A DNA stretch of 64,000 nt from Halorarum halobium (GTDB lineage: Archaea; Halobacteriota; Halobacteria; Halobacteriales; Haloferacaceae), in the NCBI RefSeq assembly GCF_032116555.1, contig NZ_CP134949.1, forward strand, positions 558,001-622,000, written 5' to 3'. Made by a program: the position numbers and the translations under genes. A model generated the notes under the pieces. The model saw only the letters and a list, made by a program, of their open reading frames with translations. It had not been told where the DNA came from and made no database searches. Of this stretch, positions 50,642 to 60,583 are shown in pieces (the first letter of the stretch is position 1; each line of letters starts with the position of its first letter).

Positions 50642-51874
50642 CTACCCCAGATAGCGGTTCCGGAGGTACTTCGCCAGTAGCGGCGCGTCGCCCGGCCTCA
50701 GCAGGTTCAGGATGGCCCGGACGTTCCCCTGGTTCGCCTTCGTGAGCGTGTCCGGTCCGAGCCGGTTCAGGTCCGCGACCAGCCGGTCGTACCGGTCGTT
50801 CGAGGCGAGATAGAGCAGTTCCGTCATGACCAGCCGCGTCCGGGCCTTCGGCGCGACCTCGTCGTGCCAGAGCCGGTCGTACACGGAGACGGCCTCGGCG
50901 CTCGTGTCCGGCTCTTCGGGGGTGAGGCAGGCGTCGACCGTGGCCGCGGCGGCCCGGCCCGAGCGCATGCACTTGTCGATTCCCTCGCCCCACAGCGGGT
51001 CGAGCGTGGGCACGGTGTCGCCGATGGCCATGAAGCCGTCCGTCGACATGCTCGTCGGCGGCTGGATGTGCGCGGAGCCGCGGTGCTGCTTCCCTTCGAG
51101 GCGCTCCGCGTCCGCGAACCGGGGGTCCGAATCGACCCAGTTGGTGAGGTAGTCGTCGATGGTGAAATCCTCGCGGGCGTTCTCCCGGTGGGCCGCGTTC
51201 TGGATGTAGCAGACGCCGACCTTCGCGGTGTCCCCGCCCGTGTGGAACAGCCACGAGTAGCCGCCGGGCGCCATCCGATGGTCGAGCCTGAGCATCATCG
51301 CGTCGGTCAGGTTGGCGTAGCCGTCCGGGTCCACGTCGACGCCCTCGTACTCGTACTCGACGCCGATGGCCTGCTTCTCCCGCTGGAGGTCGACGACGCC
51401 GAGTTTCTTCGCCAGCGGGGCGCTCGGCCCCGTGGCGTCGATGATCACCTCGCCGCGCACCTCCTCGTCGCCGTCGTAGACGACGCCCACGATCTCGCCG
51501 CCCTCCATCAGCGGCTTCGAGACGCGCGCGTCGAAGCGGTACTCGGCCCCGTCGGCGCGACCCTCCTCGACGAGCCAGTTCTTGAAGTCGGCGAACTCCA
51601 GGACTGCGCCCGACTGCGTCCGGTCGAAGTGACCCGTCGGGGACTCGATGACGACGCTGTCGGTGAAGTTCATCACCACGTCGTCCGGCACCCCGAACGA
51701 GGTCATGGTGGAGGGGAACGTCCCCGCCGTGGACTTGTTGCTCCTGCTCGGGAACTCGTCTTCGCCCTCGGTCTCGAGGACGACCACGTCGTAGCCGCGT
51801 GCGGCGATGTCGCGGGCACACTGGGCCCCCGCTGGCCCCGCGCCGGCGATCACCGCGTCGTATGTCTCACTCAT
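50642..51874 (-). CDS. Digeranylgeranylglycerophospholipid (geranylgeranyl) reductase
   Basis: GAGPAG, IIDATG, APGGYSWLF, IGD....DPLWGEGI. Confidence 0.88.
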   Translation of the reverse strand: MSETYDAVIAGAGPAGAQCARDIAARGYDVVVLETEGEDEFPSRSNKSTAGTFPSTMTSFGVPDDVVMNFTDSVVIESPTGHFDRTQSGAVLEFADFKNWLVEEGRADGAEYRFDARVSKPLMEGGEIVGVVYDGDEEVRGEVIIDATGPSAPLAKKLGVVDLQREKQAIGVEYEYEGVDVDPDGYANLTDAMMLRLDHRMAPGGYSWLFHTGGDTAKVGVCYIQNAAHRENAREDFTIDDYLTNWVDSDPRFADAERLEGKQHRGSAHIQPPTSMSTDGFMAIGDTVPTLDPLWGEGIDKCMRSGRAAAATVDACLTPEEPDTSAEAVSVYDRLWHDEVAPKARTRLVMTELLYLASNDRYDRLVADLNRLGPDTLTKANQGNVRAILNLLRPGDAPLLAKYLRNRYLG

Positions 51875-51976
51875 GGATATGGCTGCGGACTGGACGCCCG
51901 CGACGCTGGATTAGCGGCTTCTTCTCGTCGGCCCCTGTAAGGTATTCCCATTTGTCCGTCGGTGCCCGAGTGGCGA

Positions 51977-52477
51977 TCAGTTCGTCCCGACCGAGTTCCG
52001 AATCGTCCGATGCTCCCCGTCCGAGTACGCGATGAACCGGACGTCGCGGAGCGAGTCGGGGTCGAACCCGCGGATCTCCTCGGCGATGAGCCGCGCCCCC
52101 TCCCGGAGGTCGAACCCCGCGACGCCACAGCCGAGCGCCGGGAGCACCAGCGACTCACAGCCGCGTTCGTCGGCCGCGGCGAGCGCGTTCCGCGTCGCCT
52201 CGCGGATGCTCCCCTCGGTTGCCTTCCCGTCCCCGTAGTGGGGCATCGCGGCGGCGTGGATCACGTACCCGGCGTCGAGGCCGAACGCGTCGGTGACGGC
52301 GACCGCGCCGAGGTCGACCGGTCCCAGTTCCATCGCGGCCTCGTTCAGTTCCTCGCCGCCCCGTTCTCTGAGCGCGCCGGCCACACCGCTGCCCATCCGG
52401 AGGCTCGTGCCGGCCGCGTTCACGAGCGCGTCCGCCGACTGGTCGGCGATGTCGCCCCGGACGACGGTGAACTCCAT
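51977..52477 (-). CDS. Macro domain protein
   Basis: GDIA...DALVNAA...GSGVAGAL, VIHAA, PALGCGVAG. Confidence 0.92.
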   Translation of the reverse strand: MEFTVVRGDIADQSADALVNAAGTSLRMGSGVAGALRERGGEELNEAAMELGPVDLGAVAVTDAFGLDAGYVIHAAAMPHYGDGKATEGSIREATRNALAAADERGCESLVLPALGCGVAGFDLREGARLIAEEIRGFDPDSLRDVRFIAYSDGEHRTIRNSVGTN

Positions 52478-52637
52478 GCCTGTCGTGTTTGGACGTCGGG
52501 CGGAAAATCGTATCGTCGGTTGGGTGTGGTGCAGTTCTGGATCGGATGTCGGTTCTGGTAGCTAGATCCGGTGGCACCGTCTCGAAAGCCTCCGCGGCGA
52601 CCGCTCCAGGAGCTAGTTCGGCCGTCGTGACGCACTC

Positions 52638-52781
52638 CTCGAAAGCCCCCGCGGCCCCGCTCAGTCCCACCCGACGCACCGCATCCGCACCACGGCCTCC
52701 CCAGCCGACGAGGACCCTCCCTCCGGTCGGGACCTCGTCCCTCGCGCGCGGCTGCTCGCTTCGCTCGCCGTCACGCGCGCC
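52638..52781 (+). repeat. Palindromic modular repeat with collapsed arm A (copy 8); extra terminus at 52581
   Basis: CTCGAAAGCCCCCGCGGCCCCGCTCAGTCCCACC...CCTCCCCAGCC...CACGCGCGCC. Confidence 0.87.
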
Positions 52782-52808
52782 GGAGAGAAAAATCGACCGC
52801 GCCGCGTC

Positions 52809-54977
52809 CTACTCCTCGTCGGCCCGTCCGTGCGGATCCGTCGCGTCGGCCGAATCCACTGCGGGGTCGTGGCGCTCGTACCACGCGGTCAGTTCCTCCA
52901 GGCGGTGGATCGCCCGGTCGGGCGTGCCGATGTCGTGGTGCTCGTCCTCGTAGAGAATCAGTCGCGCGTCGACGCCCTGGGCCTTCGCCGCGACGTAGAG
53001 CTGTTCGGACTGCGAGGGCGGGCAGCGCCAGTCCTCCCCGCCCGCCGTGACGAGCAGCGGCGTCTCGATGTTGCCCGCGTCGGTGATGGCCGAGGAGGCG
53101 TCGATCTCCTCGGGCACCTCCCACGGGTAGCCGTACTCGTTTTCCATCCAGAGGTGCGCGTCGTCGGTGCCGTACGCCGACCGGAGGTCGTAGATGCCGT
53201 GCTCGGGCGCGGCGGCGGTGAACAGCTCCGGCTCCTGGGTGACGAGGAAGCCCTGCGCGATGCCGCCGTAGGAGAAGCCGTAGCCGAACACGCGTTCGGG
53301 GTCGACCCAGCCCCGCTCGACCATCGACGCCACGCCGTTGGCGACGTCGGTCACCTCGTGGGTGCCCCACTGGCCGTGGAGCGCCTCGCAGAAGTCGCGG
53401 CCGAACGAGGAGCCGCCGCGGTAGTTCGGCCGGAGGACGACGTACCCCCGCGAGGTGAGCACCGCGTGGTCGAACGAGAAGACCGGCTCGTCGTAGCTCA
53501 CCGGCCCGCCGTGGATGGCGACGACGAGCGGGTGGTCGCCGTCGGCCGGGTCGACGTCGGGGTCGTGGTACACGATTCCCGAGATGGACTCGCCGTCGCT
53601 CTCCCACTCCACGCGCCGCGCCTCGGGCATCGCGTACTCGTCGGTGAGGCCGGCGTTCACCGCCGAGAGCCGGACGAGCGAGTCGGGCTCCTCCCCCGCG
53701 CCGGCGTCCAGGTCGGTGGCCGAGTCGGCCCCGGAACCACCGGCGAGGTCCGCGGTGTCGACCGCGTACACGTCCTGGCCCTCGCCCGGGTGCGAGAAGG
53801 TGAACGCGGTCCGCTCGTCGCCCACGTCGACGGTCGCCAGCGCGCGACCGTCGCCCTGCGCCTCGAACGTGCGGTCGACCGCGCCGTCGGTCGAGACCCG
53901 CACCAGCCGGGTCCGGGCCTCGTCGCCGATGGTCGTGTACAGCGTGTCGTCGTCTGCCCAGTCGAGCGGCGCGCCGCGGGCGAGCGTCCGGTCCAGGTCG
54001 GCCGTCAGCGACTCGGAGCCCGCGTCAGCCTCGTCGGCGGTGACGTGCGCCTGCGTCGGGATGCACCAGTTCACCGGGTCGCCGCCGGCGAACGCCAGCC
54101 GTTCTCCCGAGGGCGACCACGAGGGGGAGTCCACCGAGAGCTCCGAGTCCGTGAGTTTCCGCAGGTCGCCCCCGCCGGGGTCGACCGTGAACAGGTCCGT
54201 GACGAGCGTCGCGTCCCCGTCCTCGCCGTGGTACGCGCAGAAGGCGATGCGGTCGGTCGGCCCCCAGGCCGGCTGGAGTCCACTCAGGTCCGCGAACGCG
54301 CCGCCGTCGTGGGCGCCCTCGAGTTTCTCCGCCTCGCCGGAGTCGACGTCGACCATGTGGAGGTACGTCCGGACGGTGTCGGTGTAGCCGACGCCGTCGA
54401 GCTTGTGCTGGAGGCGCTCGGTCTCGAGCGGGCCGCCCTCCGTCCGCTCGTCGAGGTAGGCCGACTCCTCGTCGGTCGGGTCGCGCGCGGCGACGACGAG
54501 CCGCTCGCCCTCGGGGCCCCAGTCGAACTCCTTTGCACCCTCCTCGAACTCGGTGACCTGGCGGGCGTCGCCGCCGAGCGCGAGGTCGAACAGCCACACC
54601 TGCTGTTTCGGCTCCTCGTCGTCGCCCGCCTGCCCGCCCGGCTCGTCCCCGGCGTCGTCCCCGTCCGTCCCGTCATCCGCGTCCGATTCCGCGTCGTCCC
54701 CGCCGACGCGTCGTTCGGTGTCCTCCTCGCGCGGGGCGAGGAACGCGAGCCGGTCGCCGTCGGGCCCCCACGTCGGGCTTCCCGCGCCCGGGACCCGGGT
54801 GAGCCGGTGGGGCTCGCGCGAGCCGTCGGCCGGAACGACGAACAGGGAGGCGACGCGCTCGTCCGCGTCGGCGTCGAACTCGTCGGCCAGGTACGCGACC
54901 CGGTCACCGTCCGGGGAGAGGACGACGTCGAGGACCTGCGTCAGGTCGTAGTAGGCGTCGATGGGGAGTTCGCTCAT
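52809..54977 (-). CDS. S9-family (acylaminoacyl/prolyl oligo-) peptidase
   Basis: Beta-propeller WSP repeats; IHGGP, NYRG, GFSYGG, DWRCP, catalytic His. Confidence 0.93.
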   Translation of the reverse strand: MSELPIDAYYDLTQVLDVVLSPDGDRVAYLADEFDADADERVASLFVVPADGSREPHRLTRVPGAGSPTWGPDGDRLAFLAPREEDTERRVGGDDAESDADDGTDGDDAGDEPGGQAGDDEEPKQQVWLFDLALGGDARQVTEFEEGAKEFDWGPEGERLVVAARDPTDEESAYLDERTEGGPLETERLQHKLDGVGYTDTVRTYLHMVDVDSGEAEKLEGAHDGGAFADLSGLQPAWGPTDRIAFCAYHGEDGDATLVTDLFTVDPGGGDLRKLTDSELSVDSPSWSPSGERLAFAGGDPVNWCIPTQAHVTADEADAGSESLTADLDRTLARGAPLDWADDDTLYTTIGDEARTRLVRVSTDGAVDRTFEAQGDGRALATVDVGDERTAFTFSHPGEGQDVYAVDTADLAGGSGADSATDLDAGAGEEPDSLVRLSAVNAGLTDEYAMPEARRVEWESDGESISGIVYHDPDVDPADGDHPLVVAIHGGPVSYDEPVFSFDHAVLTSRGYVVLRPNYRGGSSFGRDFCEALHGQWGTHEVTDVANGVASMVERGWVDPERVFGYGFSYGGIAQGFLVTQEPELFTAAAPEHGIYDLRSAYGTDDAHLWMENEYGYPWEVPEEIDASSAITDAGNIETPLLVTAGGEDWRCPPSQSEQLYVAAKAQGVDARLILYEDEHHDIGTPDRAIHRLEELTAWYERHDPAVDSADATDPHGRADEE

Positions 54978-55122
54978 CGCCCGTGGGTGGGCCGCGCCGT
55001 CGAAAATAGCTTCCCCAAGCGGCCGTCGCGGCCGCTTCGGCCGTGCGTCCGACGTCGCCCCGTCAGCGTCGTCCGCCCGCGCTCACCGTTCGCCCACGAC
55101 CGCCATCGCTTCTCCGCGACCG

Positions 55123-56010
55123 CTACCGGATGTCGGGTCCGCGCAGGTACAGCGCCACGACGGCGACGGCGGGAATCCCGACGAGCATGGCGTACGGCAG
55201 CGCGTACGCCGAGAACACCACGAGCGAGCGGACCAGCACGACGACGCCGTTCACCGACGCGAGGAACGCCTGGAGCAGCGGCGTCTCGTGGAACTCCGTC
55301 CGTTCGAGCGGCTGGGGGTCGGGTCGGGGCTCCTCAAGCCGAACCGTGATGGTGCTGTAGGCGACCTGCCGTTCGAGGCTCTGTAGCTGCGCCTCGGTGC
55401 GTTCGATCTCGGTCTGGACGTCCGAGAGCTCCCGCTGGACGGCCAGCACGTCCTCGGTGTCGTTCGCCCGCTCGTACAGTTCCCGGAGGCGGTCCCGCTC
55501 GGCGCGGAGGCTCTCCAGTCGCGCCTCGAGGTCGACGATCCGGTTCGTCACGTCGTTCGTGTCCTCGGTCGAGCGGAGCACCGTGCCGGTGCCGTTCACC
55601 GCCGCCATCGCGCCCGAGTAGTTGCCGGAGGGCACCCGCAGGGTCACCGTGCCGACGGTGTACGTGTCGTTGCCGCTGCCCCGGACCTCGCGGCTCGCGT
55701 CGCCGACGTAACCGCCCCGCTCCTGGACGGCCCCGGTGAGTCGCTCGCGGGCCGTCCCGTAGTCGTCGACCCGCAGGGTCACTTCGGCGGTGTAGATGAT
55801 CTCGCGGTTCTGGATGTTGGCCTGGACGCCCGCGCCCGCGTCCTCGGCCTCGCCCCCGGACCCGCCGTCGCTCGCGGGCGTCGACTCGGGCGCGCCGGTC
55901 GTGCCGCCGGCCTGGGGACCCATCCCGGCGTCGCCGCTTCCGGCACCCGAACAGCCGGCGAGGACGACCGCGAGGACGCAGACGACCGCGAGGAGGTGTC
56001 TTCGGCGCAT
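55123..56010 (-). CDS. DUF4349-like lipoprotein
   Basis: LAGC lipobox; TLRVP, DVT....DLEARL coiled coil, VAYSTITV; C-terminal TM segment. Confidence 0.85.
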   Translation of the reverse strand: MRRRHLLAVVCVLAVVLAGCSGAGSGDAGMGPQAGGTTGAPESTPASDGGSGGEAEDAGAGVQANIQNREIIYTAEVTLRVDDYGTARERLTGAVQERGGYVGDASREVRGSGNDTYTVGTVTLRVPSGNYSGAMAAVNGTGTVLRSTEDTNDVTNRIVDLEARLESLRAERDRLRELYERANDTEDVLAVQRELSDVQTEIERTEAQLQSLERQVAYSTITVRLEEPRPDPQPLERTEFHETPLLQAFLASVNGVVVLVRSLVVFSAYALPYAMLVGIPAVAVVALYLRGPDIR

Positions 56011-56156
56011 ACCCCCCAGTCCAGTTCGACCGTCCTAATGATTCGGAAATATGAAAGAGCCGTTTGACCCATCGTGCGCGCGTCGGTGGTACGCCCGCGG
56101 GGGTCGGCGTGGCACCCGTCTCCGGCCGTCCTCGACGCGCGCAAGCCGGTCGCCGA

Positions 56157-56510
56157 TCAGCCCAGCGAACCGTCGTCCGCGAGGAACGTCTGGAACTCCG
56201 CGGTCCGGCCGTCCGGGTCGTCCGCGAAGAACTGGTAGATGTCGTACGTCTCGTTGACGTGGGGCCCCTCGCGGGCGGCGTCGCCGACGCGGTCGTGCAT
56301 CCGGTCGACGCCCTCCCGGTCAGGGTACACGAACGTGAGGATGCCACAGTTTTCCGTCCCGTCGGCGTCACAGAAGCCGAACCGGAAGCCGTCGAACGAG
56401 CAGATGGTGCAGCCGGGCTGTTCGAGCCACACGTCCGCGCCGACGACGTCGGCGTACCACTCGACGACCGCCGGGCGCGACTCGGTGCGGAAGAAGACGA
56501 TGCCGGACAT
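56157..56510 (-). CDS. VOC family protein
   Basis: GIVFF.T, YQFFADDPDGRTAEFQ. Confidence 0.8.
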   Translation of the reverse strand: MSGIVFFRTESRPAVVEWYADVVGADVWLEQPGCTICSFDGFRFGFCDADGTENCGILTFVYPDREGVDRMHDRVGDAAREGPHVNETYDIYQFFADDPDGRTAEFQTFLADDGSLG

Positions 56511-56518
56511 CCGGCCCG

Positions 56519-57151
56519 CTACCGCGCGTCCTCGATGACGCCGCGGAACGTCCGGGCGCGCTCGGTGATCGCCCCGAACTCGCCGGCCTCGACCGCCTCG
56601 CGGTCCACGAGCGCTGAGCCGGCACCGACGGCGACCGCGCCGGCCTCGACGTAGGCCCCGGCGTTGTCCGGCGAGACGCCGCCGGTCGGGAGCATCGGGA
56701 TCTGTCCGAGCGGCCCCTTCATCGCGGCGACGTGGTCAGGACCGAGCGTCGTGGCGGGGAACACCTTCACCACGTCCGCGCCGGCCTCGTAGGCCTCGAC
56801 GGCCTCGGTCGGGGTCATGACGCCGGGCGCGACGAGGACGCCGTAGCGGTTGCACGTCGCCACCACGTCCTCGTGGAACGACGGCGAGACGACGAACTCC
56901 GCGCCGGCGGCGATGGCCGACTGGGCGGTCGCCGCGTCGAGCACCGTGCCCGCGCCGACGAGCACGTCGTCGTCCAGTTCCGCCGAGAGCGTTCGGATCA
57001 TCTCGGCCGAGCCGTCGGTGTCGGCCGTCACCTCCAGCGCGGTGACGCCGCCCTCCACGAGCGCCCTCGCGGTGTCCACGACCGTCTCCGACTCCGCGCC
57101 GCGCAGCACGGCGACCACCCCGCTCTCGCGCAGCGTTTCGAGCGTACTCAT
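56519..57151 (-). CDS. eda: KDPG/KHG aldolase
   Basis: VVAVLR, LEVT, VGAGTVLD, FVVSP, PGVMTPTE, VKVFPA, PTGGV. Confidence 0.93.
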   Translation of the reverse strand: MSTLETLRESGVVAVLRGAESETVVDTARALVEGGVTALEVTADTDGSAEMIRTLSAELDDDVLVGAGTVLDAATAQSAIAAGAEFVVSPSFHEDVVATCNRYGVLVAPGVMTPTEAVEAYEAGADVVKVFPATTLGPDHVAAMKGPLGQIPMLPTGGVSPDNAGAYVEAGAVAVGAGSALVDREAVEAGEFGAITERARTFRGVIEDAR

Positions 57152-57245
57152 ACGCGAGTGAACTCTCGCGCCGGCCATAAACTCGGGGGTTGCGGGCCAC
57201 GTTTTGCCCGAAGTCGGCACGAGAAGAAGGGGGGAGTTCCCGGAC

Positions 57246-57470
57246 GGCGCGCGGCGGTCGCGCGCCAGCGCGACCGCTCGTGCGAGGCTCACGCGAGCGC
57301 AGTCGTTCGAAAATCGAAGAGTTTCGTGATGCTGTCGGATTCCGACGGAATCCGACCGCTGACGGGAAACCGTCGGTTTCCCGTACTGACGAAAATCCAC
57401 GATTTTCGAACCACGAGCGGGAAGCGCACAGCAGCTGTCGCGGAAGCCGAGCGCCGCGGGGACTTTCGAG
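57246..57470 (-). repeat. Palindromic modular repeat, internally deleted, with doubly nested cassette (copy 9)
   Basis: GGCGCGCG...TCGTGCGAGGCTCACGCGAGCGCAG + cassette 57303-57413 + GGGGACTTTCGAG. Confidence 0.88.
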
Positions 57471-57578
57471 ACGGACGAACCGACGACCGGCCCGACGGAC
57501 GAACGGTTTCGAAAACCCACACCCATCAGCATCGCCGCGGGGGGTAGGGTTTAGTCCCCGGCCGCGTCAACACGACCC

Positions 57579-58619
57579 ATGCAGGCAGTCCAGTTCTCGG
57601 AGCACGGCGACCGCGACGTGATCGAGTACGGCGAGTTCCCGGACCCGGAACCCGGGCGAGACGAGGTGCTCGTCGACGTGAAGGCGGGCGCGCTGAACCA
57701 CCTCGACGTCTGGACGCGAAAGGGCCTCCCCGGCGTCGACCTGGAGATGCCACACATCCCCGGCAGCGACGGGGCCGGCGTCGTCCTCGAGACCGGCGAG
57801 GACGTGACCCGGTTCGAGGAGGGCGACCACGTCGCCGTCAGCGCCGGCGTCTCCTGTGGCGTCTGTGAGTTCTGCCGCGACGGCGAGGAGTCGCTGTGTG
57901 TCCGCTACAGCATCATCGGCGAGCACCAGCGCGGCGTCCACTCCGAGCGGACCGTCGTGCCCGAGGACAACCTCGTCCCCGTTCCCGACCACGTCGACTG
58001 GGAAATCGCCGGCTCCGCGTCGCTCGTGTTCCAGACCGCCTGGCGGATGCTGCTCCACCGCGGCGGGCTCGAACCAGGCGAGAAGGTCCTGGTGCTCGGC
58101 GCCTCGGGCGGCGTCGGCCACGCTGCCGTCCAGATCGCCGACCACGCCGGGGCCGAGGTGTACGCGACCGCCTCCACCGACGAGAAACTCGCCTACGCCG
58201 AGGACTGCGGCGCGGAGCACGTCATCAACTACGAGGCCGAGGACTTCGCCGCGGAGATCCGCGAGCACACCGGCCGCCGCGGCGTCGACATGGTCGTCGA
58301 CCACGTCGGGGCGGCGACGTGGCGCGACTCGCTGAAGTCGCTGGCGAAGGGCGGCCGCGTCGTCACCTGCGGGGCGACCACCGGCGGCAATCCGGAGACG
58401 GACATCAACCGCATCTTCTGGAACCAGCTGTCGGTCATCGGCTCGACGATGGCGACGCCGGGCGAGGTCGACGACGTGCTCGAACTCGTCTGGGACGGCA
58501 CGTTCGAACCACGCATCCGCGAGGTGCTGCCGATGTCCGAGGCCGCACGGGCCCACGAGCTGCTCGAAAACCGTGAGGGCTTTGGCAAGGTGGTCGTAAG
58601 ACCGGACAGTGAGCTCTGA
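57579..58619 (+). CDS. Zinc-binding alcohol dehydrogenase/MDR family protein
   Basis: LNHLD, CGVCEFC..G.ESLC structural Zn site, GASGGVG, GKVVV. Confidence 0.92.
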   Translation: MQAVQFSEHGDRDVIEYGEFPDPEPGRDEVLVDVKAGALNHLDVWTRKGLPGVDLEMPHIPGSDGAGVVLETGEDVTRFEEGDHVAVSAGVSCGVCEFCRDGEESLCVRYSIIGEHQRGVHSERTVVPEDNLVPVPDHVDWEIAGSASLVFQTAWRMLLHRGGLEPGEKVLVLGASGGVGHAAVQIADHAGAEVYATASTDEKLAYAEDCGAEHVINYEAEDFAAEIREHTGRRGVDMVVDHVGAATWRDSLKSLAKGGRVVTCGATTGGNPETDINRIFWNQLSVIGSTMATPGEVDDVLELVWDGTFEPRIREVLPMSEAARAHELLENREGFGKVVVRPDSEL

Positions 58620-58953
58620 GCGCGCGAGGACCGGACGCGCCGTCGGCGACGGCGCGGGAGCCGGGAACGGCGAGGAGGGGACCGGGGACGACGAGTTCGC
58701 GGTCGACGCCGACGGCGGCTACGTCCACCGCCCGGACGGCCCCCCGGAGTCCCCCGACGGGGTCGGCTGGACGCTCGTCGCCGTCGTCGTCCTCGCGTTC
58801 CTCGTGATCCCGGGCGTGATCTACCTCCGGCCCGCGACGCCGGGCGAGTTCGGTTTCGGCTTCCTCGTCTCCATGCTCGTCCTGCCGATGGTGCCGGCGG
58901 CCCTGCTCGGCGCGACCGCGGTCTGGAGCGCCGTTCGGGACCGCGGGGACTGA
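58609..58953 (+). CDS. Small two-TM hypothetical protein
   Basis: GWTLVAVVVLAFLVIPG...LPMVPA.LLG.TAVW. Confidence 0.7.
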   Translation: MSSERARTGRAVGDGAGAGNGEEGTGDDEFAVDADGGYVHRPDGPPESPDGVGWTLVAVVVLAFLVIPGVIYLRPATPGEFGFGFLVSMLVLPMVPAALLGATAVWSAVRDRGD

Positions 58954-58981
58954 TCGACGGGCGTCCCGGCGGTACGTTTTC

Positions 58982-59833
58982 GCCCCCGGCGAGGCCCGGT
59001 ACGTCGAGGCGAACGACCGCCGGTTCCACGTCGTCGAGGCGGGCCCCGCCGACGGCGACCTGCTCCTCCTGCTCCACGGGTTCCCCGAGTTCTGGTACGG
59101 CTGGCGCGACCAGATCCGGCCGCTGGCGAACGCGGGCTACCGCGTCGTCGTCCCCGACCAGCGTGGCTACAACCGCAGCGAGAAGCCCGACGGGGTGCGC
59201 GAGTACGACCTTGGAGCGCTCGCGGCCGACGTCACCGGATTCATCGACGCCTACGGCCGCGAGACCGCCGCACTCGTCGGCCACGACTCGGGCGGCGTCG
59301 TCGGCTGGTGGGTCGCCATCCACCACCCCGAGCGGCTCTCGGCGTTCGTCGCCGCCAACGCCCCGCACCCGACGGTGATCCGGGACACCCTGCGTAGTGA
59401 TCCGGAACAGCTGCTGAAGAGCTCCTACGCGGCGTTCTTCCCGCTCCCGGCGCTCCCCGAGGTCGTCAGTCGCGCGCTGAACTGGCGGCTCCCGACCCGC
59501 ATGATGCGCGCGTCGGCGATGCCGGGCACGTTCTCGACGGCCGACTTCGACCGCTACCGTGCGGCCTGGTCGCGGCCGGGCGCGTTCACGGCGATGCTGA
59601 ACTGGTACCGGGCCGCCGCCCGGGAGCGTCCGAAGCCGAACTCGCCCCGCGTGAGCGTGCCGACGCGGATCATCTGGGGGACCGGCGACGGGTTCCTCAA
59701 GACGCGCATGGCCCACGACAGCCTCGCGTACTGTGCCGACGGCCGGTTCTCGCACGTCGACGAGGCGACCCACCGGGTCCAGCACGAGCAGCCGGTCGCG
59801 GTGGCGGACCTCATCCTGGACGAACTGGCGTGA
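58982..59833 (+). pseudogene. Alpha/beta hydrolase (epoxide hydrolase-like) with no canonical start codon
   Basis: In-frame FHVVEAGP...LLHGFPEFWYGW...PDQRGYN lies upstream of the first GTG (59195); GHDSGG; no ATG/GTG/TTG before these motifs. Confidence 0.55.
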
Positions 59834-59887
59834 TCGCCGAGGGGTCGCGGCGGGCCGCGGCGCGGGGAGGAACCCGAGCGCCCGGGT

Positions 59888-60529
59888 TCAGAGCTCGAAC
59901 TGCAGCACGTCGCCCGCCTCGACCCCGCGCTCGGTCGTCCAGTCGTAGTTGACCTCCAGCACGTACTGCCCGCGACCGGGGTACCGCTGGTCGTTGCCGT
60001 CCTCGTTCGGCCCGGGCGCCTCTGCGTGGTGAATCTTCGTGATCGTCCCGTCGGCGTCCGCGTAGACGATGTCGATGCCGAAGTCCATCCGCCGCATGAC
60101 GAAATTCCGGTCCCCCACCCCCCCGAAGACGAACAACATCCCGCGGTCCTCGGGGAGCGACTCCGTGTCGCTGAGTCCGAGACGCCGGAGTTCGGACGTG
60201 TCCGCGATCGCAGCGGCGACCGCCCCCAGCGTCTCGCCGTCCGCGGTCACCCGGACCTCCGTGGTCTCGTATCCGGGGTGGACCGGCGTGGACTCGGTTC
60301 CCGCGGCGTCGGTTCCGGTCGAGTCCGTCCCGGTCGGGTCGTCGGTCCCGGACGAACCGTCGGTCGCGTCCGGCGATCCGGTTCCCGTGGGATCGGCCGA
60401 CCGTGTCGGTTCCCGCGTCGCCGTCGCTCGCTCGTCGGCCGAACAGCCGGCGAGCCCGGCGGCGAGGGCAGCGCCCAGCCCTCGCAGGTACCGCCGTCGG
60501 CTCCGGGCGGAACGTCGTCGATCACTCAT
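59888..60529 (-). CDS. DUF192-domain Tat lipoprotein
   Basis: SRRRYL Tat motif, LAGC lipobox, GLS...LPEDRGMLFVF, IDIVY, YVLEVN. Confidence 0.88.
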   Translation of the reverse strand: MSDRRRSARSRRRYLRGLGAALAAGLAGCSADERATATREPTRSADPTGTGSPDATDGSSGTDDPTGTDSTGTDAAGTESTPVHPGYETTEVRVTADGETLGAVAAAIADTSELRRLGLSDTESLPEDRGMLFVFGGVGDRNFVMRRMDFGIDIVYADADGTITKIHHAEAPGPNEDGNDQRYPGRGQYVLEVNYDWTTERGVEAGDVLQFEL

Positions 60530-60583
60530 TCGGTAGCCGGGTACGGCTCCGGCCGTGAAAAACTCGCGCCCGGAGCCGGGGAG

